A DNA stretch of 9,138 nt, taken from IMG/VR virus record IMGVR_UViG_3300005977_000050, positions 1 through 9,138 of that record; one strand, written 5' to 3'. Positions within the stretch are counted from its first letter, which is position 1. Every line of letters begins with the position of its first letter. The notes below the pieces were generated by a model. The model ran no database searches. It saw nothing but the letters and a program-made list of their open reading frames with translations, and was not told the origin of the DNA. The position numbers and the translations under genes were made by a program. Positions 1 to 6,363 of this stretch are shown one piece after another.

Positions 1-264
1 GCAATGGGTAAAGAGAATGCTTGCCAAAATAGAAAATAAGCTTTATTCATCACAACTCACTAAATGTATATCATAGGCAACTGTATTTAAATCATGATAA
101 AAAGAACGCCAAACCTGCAGTTTGTGACAACTTCACTGTTATAAACAGCATTAATATCCCCAACAAGTTGCTAAACCGTTTGTAAATGGGTTATCATACT
201 TAGCAAATCCCTCAAACATATGTGTTAAATATCTGTTTGTGAAAGAGTATACTCGGGGACGAAA

Positions 265-912
265 ATGGCGGAGATCAAAGTTGGGAAAGCAACTGTAGAA
301 GAAGTATTCACGGTGCCTGTGGGGGATCCTGTTGATGGTGGTACGGTCACTATATACGTAGTAAAGAGTGATAACAACGATCTGCCTTTCAAGGATTTCT
401 ATATTGCAACATTCTACGGCACGGATATTGAAGTAGTGTGGGGTGCAGGTTCCACTCTAATGGATGCATTAAAAGACGCGGAAAGGGAGTGGGATAGAGA
501 AGAAGGTGACTACGACAATCCGTTTAGAGAAGCTTTAGAAAAAGAAAACCTAGAAGAACTTGACGTACTAGGCTTAGCTGGTGAAGTAACCGTAAAAGAA
601 GTACTCATTGAGCCTGTGAGAGATGGTGGGGTCTTTGTATACAAAATAGAGAATGATAACGACGACGAAGAGAATGACGATGACGATGACTCACTTTTCG
701 CTGATTTCAACCCGCGTTTCGAAGATTTCTATATTGCGACATTCTCAGGCACTAGGGGTGAAGCAGTGTGGGGTGAAGGGTCTGATATCGAATCCGCACT
801 CGAAGATGCGGAAAGGAACTGGGACAGAATAGAACCTGACTATAATAATCCGTTTAGGGAGGCTTTAGAAAAATTAAAAGAAGAGAGCAACAATATGTTA
901 CAGAACTACTAA
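265..912 (+). CDS. Acidic hypothetical protein made of two tandem copies of a ~90-100 aa domain
   Basis: 215-aa ORF with ATG start and GGGGA upstream. Both halves carry DFYIATF.GT...VWG.GS...AL.DAER.WDR...DY.NPFREALEK. DNA similarity at a 330-nt offset (394-415 vs 724-745; 517-543 vs 847-873). Confidence 0.85.
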   Translation: MAEIKVGKATVEEVFTVPVGDPVDGGTVTIYVVKSDNNDLPFKDFYIATFYGTDIEVVWGAGSTLMDALKDAEREWDREEGDYDNPFREALEKENLEELDVLGLAGEVTVKEVLIEPVRDGGVFVYKIENDNDDEENDDDDDSLFADFNPRFEDFYIATFSGTRGEAVWGEGSDIESALEDAERNWDRIEPDYNNPFREALEKLKEESNNMLQNY

Positions 913-969
913 ATACCTCTAGATTTTTTAATATATTCTAAAATTCCACGGTTGTAGATTTTTACTTCT

Positions 970-998
970 CTGACCTCTCACGGCTGGGAGGAGGTCAG
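970..998 (+). mobile_element. Hairpin resembling a degenerate IS200/IS605-family right end
   Basis: Perfect 8-bp inverted repeat CTGACCTC (970-977)/GAGGTCAG (991-998), GC-rich in AT-rich intergenic DNA. The GGGAGGAGGTCAG end resembles archaeal tnpB element ends as I recall them. Shares CTCACGGCTG with 6120-6129. Confidence 0.4.
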
Positions 999-1012
999 CT
1001 ATCCATCTACTG

Positions 1013-1030
1013 TTTTTAAAGCAAACATGT
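1013..1030 (+). promoter_or_regulatory. TATA box (TTTTTAAA) followed by an AAACATGTT palindromic site
   Basis: TTTTTAAA at 1013-1020, 23-30 nt upstream of ATG 1043, which is typical spacing for a leaderless archaeal transcript. Confidence 0.55.
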
Positions 1031-1042
1031 TAAGTTATAGTC

Positions 1043-1570
1043 ATGAAGAGAGGATACAGGAAAAAAATAAAAAGAGTAAAGACACACAACCACGACATTA
1101 AGATATACTCATTTCCATGGGAATGCTATAAGCTCAACCAGATAGGCGATGACGTTTACGAATTATACCAAGCAGACTGTAACGACCCTGAAGCTAAAAG
1201 AAAATCGGAGACTTCAGTAACAATAAACGTGAAAAAGAGGGGTATATACAACGTTTTGTTATTTCCAGAGAAAATAGTTGTCAAATTAGCGAAAGAAGAA
1301 CGTAGATACAATGTGACTAATTTACTATTTCTCCCCAAAAAGGTCTACGATCTGCAGTTCGATGACGAGAACCTTATTTTAAAATATGTATATCCTTCTG
1401 GGGAAAAAGTAGGCACTGTGAAGATCAGATTACTCAAACCAGTCGTATTTGAGAGAGACCAGAAAGACCAGTACAGTATAATAAAGTTCTGGAAACCTGA
1501 AGATTACCAGATTTTGAAAAAAGAAATTCTGGAAAAGGTGGAAGTTGATGCGACCAGGAAGAAAAACTAA
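1043..1570 (+). CDS. Hypothetical protein, basic N-terminus
   Basis: 175-aa ORF with ATG start and a TATA box at suitable distance. No recognisable motif. Confidence 0.75.
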   Translation: MKRGYRKKIKRVKTHNHDIKIYSFPWECYKLNQIGDDVYELYQADCNDPEAKRKSETSVTINVKKRGIYNVLLFPEKIVVKLAKEERRYNVTNLLFLPKKVYDLQFDDENLILKYVYPSGEKVGTVKIRLLKPVVFERDQKDQYSIIKFWKPEDYQILKKEILEKVEVDATRKKN

Positions 1571-1578
1571 CCCCCCCA

Positions 1579-1586
1579 TTTATAAA
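1579..1586 (+). promoter_or_regulatory. TATA box for the RHH-ATPase-Tas-array operon
   Basis: TTTATAAA in the 48-nt gap between stop 1570 and ATG 1619. Confidence 0.55.
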
Positions 1587-1618
1587 GTAATTTTTCCAAG
1601 TTATAACACAGTGGGAAA

Positions 1619-1792
1619 ATGGTTTCGACAAAACCTTATTTGGTAGTGAGGATGAGAGAAGAAGACAGACAATTAGTGCATAAGATAGCGGAATATTTCG
1701 ATATCTCAGAGGCTGATGTTGTGAAAATGGCGATCAAAGAATTTGCAAAGAAACACGGCTTAGATAAGGTGGAAGTCAATGCAAATAAATGA
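1619..1792 (+). CDS. Ribbon-helix-helix (CopG-like) DNA-binding protein, 57 aa, not in the ORF track
   Basis: Manual translation: MVSTKPYLVVRMREEDRQLVHKIAEYFDISEADVVKMAIKEFAKKHGLDKVEVNANK*. It has an alternating beta-strand (YLVVRM), a helix, then the S-x-A-D-V-V-K-x-A-I helix typical of RHH. Overlaps the ATPase start by 14 nt. Confidence 0.85.
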   Translation: MVSTKPYLVVRMREEDRQLVHKIAEYFDISEADVVKMAIKEFAKKHGLDKVEVNANK

Positions 1793-2699
1793 TTATATAA
1801 AATTAAACGACACAAACCCAGAGGAGGCACTGCTGAAAGTAGATTACAATACGCTATTGCCTATGTTTGATAAATACTACACACAGGTGTACCAGGGTAA
1901 TGTAAAGTTCATTGATTTTCCCTACATGGAGAAACAGTTTGTCGAATTATCTAGAAAATATTACATGGAAGGTATTGCCGATTTAACAATACTCATGATG
2001 AATACTATATACCAGATAGCCATAAACAGAAGAGAACACAAATTTGAAAAAATAAGACCTGTCCCCATCGATACGGGTCAGACGACGATTATTAGCGGGG
2101 AGGCTAGGGGAGGGAAATCCTCATTAGCGTTATGGCTCGCTTACGCATTATATGGGGACTGGGACGTCGCTATTGCACATATTATCATCGATCCCCTGCA
2201 GCTTGACGATTTAATTGAGGCAATGAAAAATTACGGGATAAGCAAAATTCCCATGATAATAATTGACGACGCTGGAATAGGTTTTGGAAAGCAGGTAGGG
2301 AAAATGGATAGACTGAGACTAGAAAAGATACACAAATACGCACAGACGTGGGCAATAAAATTCAGTAACGTGTTAATGACTATACCGTCGGAAACGCGAT
2401 TGTCTGGTGTATTGATGAAAGCTATGCCATCGTCGTATGCTATCACAGTAGAACCAATAACAATGACGACATCTGAGGTACACGTATACAAGAACGTTGT
2501 GAACGTTGCTGGGAAATTATTGAAAACTAAACATACGCTTAGAGATTATAATAGTGTTAACGTCGGGCTTATGTTAAAGAACGAGCTGAAAAAGAAGTAT
2601 TCACATGTAGTGTATACCCCAAGGCTTTTGCCAGATGAAGCTTACGTGAAATATAAACAACTCAGAGAAGACTACCTATACATTATAGCGAGGATGTGA
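1779..2699 (+). CDS. P-loop NTPase/ATPase
   Basis: Walker A GEARGGKS (aa 107-114) after the strand TTIIS, and Walker B MIIIDD (aa 159-164). Confidence 0.85.
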   Translation: MQINDYIKLNDTNPEEALLKVDYNTLLPMFDKYYTQVYQGNVKFIDFPYMEKQFVELSRKYYMEGIADLTILMMNTIYQIAINRREHKFEKIRPVPIDTGQTTIISGEARGGKSSLALWLAYALYGDWDVAIAHIIIDPLQLDDLIEAMKNYGISKIPMIIIDDAGIGFGKQVGKMDRLRLEKIHKYAQTWAIKFSNVLMTIPSETRLSGVLMKAMPSSYAITVEPITMTTSEVHVYKNVVNVAGKLLKTKHTLRDYNSVNVGLMLKNELKKKYSHVVYTPRLLPDEAYVKYKQLREDYLYIIARM

Positions 2700-2705
2700 T
2701 CAGAA

Positions 2706-3740
2706 ATGAGCGAGGCAGATCTAATTTATTTAAAAGATTTGGTAGCGTTCAGGGACGACCTAGTGAAACTTAGAGTTGCATTTGGGAACAGAATAGGAGC
2801 AAAAAAAGAGAAAAGTAATTGGGTCTTCCGCAGGAGATATACTATATGTAAGAACGACCACATGATATTACTGAAGGAAGACGAAAAACGCGATAAATGC
2901 CCACTCTGCGGTGAGCCTGTGAAAATTGTTGAAGAAACACCATCTAACCACCTCATAGAGAGGTTCATGGAACTGCTCAGACAGCAGGAGACAGTCAAAG
3001 GACTTATCGGCGATGCTGTTACTAAATTCCCTGAATTTACTAAATTCTTGGCGTTTATTAGGGGAATAGGAGCTATGAACGGTGCTAGACTAATCGTTTA
3101 TGCATATCCACCAAGGTTTCAATATAACATCAATAAATTCAGAAAATACGCTGGTTTAGCTGTAATGTTTACATGCCCTAAATGCGGGTATTATTATTAC
3201 TCTGGTGAATCCTCGAATGGCAAACCAGCCGTTCCCTCGAAAGAGGGTTGGCTATGCCCTAACGACGGGACGAAACTTATTGGTACTTCAGCGAAGAAAA
3301 ACGTTAAGTACAACAGAACCGTTAAGGCGTTTCTATTAGGAATTCTGGCTAGCAACCTCATGCGGGCGGGCGGTGTTTACGCTAAGATAATAAAATCATT
3401 CAAGGAAGAAATCGCGGTTAAACATCCAGACTGGTCTAAGCTAAGAGTACAGAGGACTGCTATCAGGAAAGCAATATCCTTACTACTATCACAGTACTTT
3501 GCAGTGTCAATGCATTACCATGAAGGAGTGCCACTAACTGAAGCATATAAGGTAGTTCTTGGAAAGGAGTACGAAGTAATAAGGAAACATGAGGACTTCA
3601 TAGTATCACCAATTACAGACTATTACGTTGACACGAAGACTATTAAATATAAGGTAATGTTTGAGAAGACCATAGAAGAGTTAGGGATAGATAGGGATGA
3701 TGTGACAACGTGGCTTAAGAAGAAAAAGATTTTTAAATAA
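2706..3740 (+). CDS. tasA: IS110/Nop-domain RNA-binding protein without RuvC; TIGR-associated TasA-like protein with two Zn ribbons
   Basis: N-terminal coiled-coil helix LKDLVAFRDDLVKLRVAFGNRI. Transposase_20-like FIRGIGAMNGARLI..PRF..INKFRKYAGL. C-terminal YNRTVKAFL...YAKII...KHPDWSKLRVQRTAIRKAISLLL. No N-terminal DEDD/RuvC domain. A dual-repeat array starts 1 nt after the stop codon. Confidence 0.8.
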   Translation: MSEADLIYLKDLVAFRDDLVKLRVAFGNRIGAKKEKSNWVFRRRYTICKNDHMILLKEDEKRDKCPLCGEPVKIVEETPSNHLIERFMELLRQQETVKGLIGDAVTKFPEFTKFLAFIRGIGAMNGARLIVYAYPPRFQYNINKFRKYAGLAVMFTCPKCGYYYYSGESSNGKPAVPSKEGWLCPNDGTKLIGTSAKKNVKYNRTVKAFLLGILASNLMRAGGVYAKIIKSFKEEIAVKHPDWSKLRVQRTAIRKAISLLLSQYFAVSMHYHEGVPLTEAYKVVLGKEYEVIRKHEDFIVSPITDYYVDTKTIKYKVMFEKTIEELGIDRDDVTTWLKKKKIFK

Positions 3741-3741
3741 C

Positions 3742-4286
3742 TGCACATAAGCAATCATAAGCTTCAATAAAAACCAATTTGCACATAAGCAAGGATCATA
3801 TTCAATAACTTAGCTGTTGCACATAAGCAATAGTAAACCTCACTAATAGTGGATATGCACATAAGCAGGAAAGGAAATCAATAATTATGCCATTGCACAC
3901 AAGCAAGAAGACCAATCAATAAACGCTTTATTGCACGTAAGCAAGATATCACTTCAATAAATGAGCATCTGCACATCAGCAAGAAAATCAGTCAATAAAA
4001 CTTAATCTGCACGTAAGCATGAGTATTTCTCAATAAAAGAAGTACTGCACACAAGCAAGGGTGGTTTTCAACAAGAATCCTATTGCACATAAGCAATAAT
4101 ATTATTCAATAACTTATCCTCTGCACACAAGCAAAAGATAAATTTAATAAGTCACCGCTTGCACACAAGCAAGAAATATCTTCAATAAAAATCACACTGC
4201 ACACAAGCAAAAAGTACGCTCAATAAGATACCCATTGCACACAAGCAATAAATCTAATCGCTAAGAATTCTTTTGCACACAAGCAA
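3742..4286 (+). repeat. TIGR-like dual-repeat guide array: 14 units of 38 nt (13-nt edge repeat, 9-nt spacer A, 7-nt loop repeat, 9-nt spacer B) plus a terminal edge repeat
   Basis: TGCAC(A/G)(T/C)(A/C)AGCA(A/G/T) starts at 3742, 3780, 3818, 3856, 3894, 3932, 3970, 4008, 4046, 4084, 4122, 4160, 4198, 4236 and 4274. TCAATAA (variants TCACTAA, TCAACAA, TTAATAA, TCGCTAA) lies at +22 in each unit. All spacers differ. Confidence 0.95.
3742..4286 (+). ncRNA. Predicted precursor of ~38-nt dual-spacer guide RNAs (tigRNA-like)
   Basis: Inferred from the array architecture and adjacency to the Nop-domain gene. Strand inferred from co-orientation with the operon and the T-tract at 4342-4347. Confidence 0.65.
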
Positions 4287-4292
4287 ATGTAT

Positions 4293-4375
4293 CCGCACTT
4301 CTATAGATGCAAACGGTAGTTCACCAGTTTCAAAACATATGTTTTTTGTTCAATTCCGACCCGCACTTCTATAGA
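4293..4375. repeat. 15-bp direct repeat CCGCACTTCTATAGA
   Basis: Exact copies at 4293-4307 and 4361-4375. Confidence 0.9.
4332..4350. terminator. Possible bidirectional terminator or operator palindrome between convergent units
   Basis: Perfect 14-bp palindrome AAAACATATGTTTT (4332-4345), giving T-tracts on both strands between the array and the acyltransferase stop. Confidence 0.4.
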
Positions 4376-5324
4376 GCGTCAGTCTACTTATTATTTCTCT
4401 TCTCCTCAATGGGAACTCTGTAGCAATTGCAGTTACGATACCATAAACTATTCCAGTCACCCCAAAAAGTTCTTGAAATAGCAAAGTCCATAAATAAATT
4501 CCGTAGCTCACCTCGCCTAGGAAGATAGTTATTCGGCTAAGTACTTTAGGTGGGTTCAGAATAAGGAGGGCGAAAGCGGGTAATGATAAGTTATAAATCA
4601 AGAACCTTGTGAGGAACTCATATACAAATTCATTAGAGGAAAATATCAGTGCAGTAAAAACATATTGAGCGTAAAGTATTAGCAGGAAATATTTCGCTTT
4701 TTTGGCTGATTTATCTTTCTGTTTCTTCTTCAAAAGGTAAGCAATTATTCCCCACCCGTATGCCCCTAACCAGAATGGAGGCATAAAGTAAAGTAAGTGG
4801 AACTCGCTGTAGGGGAGGAAGACGATAAAGAGACTGTAGAAAAACGATATGAAAACCAATAAAACAGCTGTTTGAAACTTTGCTTTATCGCTCATCGCAT
4901 GAATGAAGGGGATGGCTAAGTACATCCATTCCTCCAGCTGAAGAGACCAGAACAGATATTGAAAAGAAAACGGTGTAAGAACATAGGAAACGAACGCAAA
5001 ATGGAGTATCAAGTCGTAATATGTTACGCTCATATGGAACACGTATCTGTCTGCTAAGAATACTACGACGACAGCGGGAAAATAAAGTATCCAAATACGT
5101 TTTATCCTTCTTTTTAAATAACGTGGAAACGATGAATTATAATCAAGCCTGTTTAGAAGGAGAAATATTGACAATTCAAAGAAGAAAGGGACTCCTAGCC
5201 AGCCAGCTCTAAAAAAGATGAGAGGAATTATTTGTATTTGTAGCTGTAGCGTCCATAAATGATATAAAGCGACGGAAAAAGATGCGAAGAAACGCAATTG
5301 GGCTATTCGCGGATCATATTTCAT
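4350..5324 (-). CDS. Membrane-bound acyltransferase family 3 (OafA/YrhL-like O-acyltransferase)
   Basis: Motifs IAQLRFFASFSVALYH, GWLGVPFFFELS, YLKRRIKRIWILY, WSLQLEEWMY and FLGEVSYGIYLW, plus many hydrophobic helices. Confidence 0.92.
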   Translation of the reverse strand: MKYDPRIAQLRFFASFSVALYHLWTLQLQIQIIPLIFFRAGWLGVPFFFELSIFLLLNRLDYNSSFPRYLKRRIKRIWILYFPAVVVVFLADRYVFHMSVTYYDLILHFAFVSYVLTPFSFQYLFWSLQLEEWMYLAIPFIHAMSDKAKFQTAVLLVFISFFYSLFIVFLPYSEFHLLYFMPPFWLGAYGWGIIAYLLKKKQKDKSAKKAKYFLLILYAQYVFTALIFSSNEFVYEFLTRFLIYNLSLPAFALLILNPPKVLSRITIFLGEVSYGIYLWTLLFQELFGVTGIVYGIVTAIATEFPLRRREIISRLTLYRSAGRN

Positions 5325-6052
5325 GTTGGTCGCCTGGCATATATTAAGCCGATCTTCTTGTTTCCTTTAATCATAACGTTAAACCCTGATGCTCTAAGCA
5401 GATCTGCAAGATGTTGAACGCCGTTATGATATTCAATTACAATTGTATGATATCTACTAATCCAACGCGGAGCAACACCAAAGAAACTGTATTCACACCC
5501 TTCGCAATCGACTTTAAGTACAGATCCAGAAGGAATATTGTATTTCAGCGTTATAACATCTAAATTATTTGAAAGCCCACACTCACAACGAATCGGTTCA
5601 ACGACGTCTTTTAGATTGTTTTCCATTATGTTCTTCTCTAAGTACGTCACTTTAACGTCAAATGCATAGACTTTCCTTGCACCGTTTAATGCAAAATAAA
5701 TCGGCGAATCGCCTATCCCAGCACCGACATCAACTACTGCCCTTCCTTTCACATCAACATTATATATACCGTCTCTGAAAATTTCCCCGAAAGCCACGAA
5801 ATCATTTATATCAAAATAGAATTTTAGTATCCTGTACCTGTATCTAAATAGTATAAACATATCATTGACAAAAACGATGTCAAGATTATACAATGTCGAA
5901 AAAAACCAGGCGTGTCTCTTTGATCTTATTTCTACTTCCAATCCGTTCCTTAACTTAGCCATGAAAGGGAACTTGTTTAACGCCGTCCTGAACATTACAT
6001 TTAACGGTTTATCATATGCGGACATATACGCCTTAAACGTTTTGAAATCCAT
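5321..6052 (-). CDS. FkbM-family SAM-dependent methyltransferase
   Basis: VVDVGAGIGDS (SAM motif I), GARKVYAFD, LKVDCEGCEY and IVIEYH. The track begins at TTG 6094, but ATG 6052 is preferred because TTTTTAAG lies ~25-32 nt upstream. 4-nt ATGA overlap with the acyltransferase. Confidence 0.9.
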   Translation of the reverse strand: MDFKTFKAYMSAYDKPLNVMFRTALNKFPFMAKLRNGLEVEIRSKRHAWFFSTLYNLDIVFVNDMFILFRYRYRILKFYFDINDFVAFGEIFRDGIYNVDVKGRAVVDVGAGIGDSPIYFALNGARKVYAFDVKVTYLEKNIMENNLKDVVEPIRCECGLSNNLDVITLKYNIPSGSVLKVDCEGCEYSFFGVAPRWISRYHTIVIEYHNGVQHLADLLRASGFNVMIKGNKKIGLIYARRPT

Positions 6053-6104
6053 GATCTTTATCTTGTGTATATTACACTTAAAAAAAGTGGTCAAACAGCT
6101 GTTT

Positions 6105-6148
6105 GTGAACTACCTCGCCCTCACGGCTGACTTCCGTCCCCTTAACCC
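6105..6148 (+). mobile_element. Degenerate IS200/IS605-like left-end relic
   Basis: GTGAACTACCTCGCCCTCACGGCTGACTTCCGTCCCCTTAACCC resembles the GTGAACTACCCCGCCCT...GGGGCTTC type of IS605 end from memory. 6129-6148 is 19/20 identical to 8437-8456. Confidence 0.5.
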
Positions 6149-6363
6149 TTTCCTGGAGAAAGTTCTACACGATATGGTTGGAATATACGTTGATTTCATT
6201 AGCCAACGATGAATCGTTGTCCCCAAAATATTTTTTGACTATTCCCATCACTTCCTGAAAATTATGCCCGTTAAACAAACTCTGATTTCTGAATCGTTCC
6301 TCAAACTCTGAATTTTTGTAATATAAATTGGGCAATTTCTTTCATTTCTGTCACCATAGTAAG

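Noticed and set aside
1-76. Possible 3' end of an upstream gene
   Set aside because: Too short, and more than one frame is open, so it cannot be assigned.
510-2998. Minus-strand ORFs 510-710, 1156-1338, 1434-1631, 1636-1830, 2231-2491 and 2726-2998
   Set aside because: Antisense shadows of better-supported + strand genes, with low-complexity Ser/Phe/Ile-rich translations.
2706-3740. Active IS110 transposon or truncated IS110 pseudogene
   Set aside because: The DEDD RuvC domain is absent, yet the ORF is intact, starts cleanly at the coiled coil, is embedded in an operon and is followed by an array rather than IS ends.
3742-4286. CRISPR array
   Set aside because: Repeats are only 13 and 7 nt and alternate, variable parts are 9 nt, and there is no leader, cas gene or GAAA(C/G) repeat end.
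3742-4286. Simple minisatellite, iterons or coding repeat
   Set aside because: The variable 9-mers are unrelated to each other while their length is fixed. The 38-nt period is not a multiple of 3 and no ORF spans it.
5311-5319. Match of unit-2 spacer A (GGATCATAT) at the acyltransferase start
   Set aside because: The partner spacer B (CTTAGCTGT or its reverse complement) is not adjacent. Single 9-mer hits are expected by chance for 28 spacers in 9 kb.
6276-6311. 10-bp direct repeat CAAACTCTGA (6276-6285, 6302-6311)
   Set aside because: Only two short copies with no further structure.
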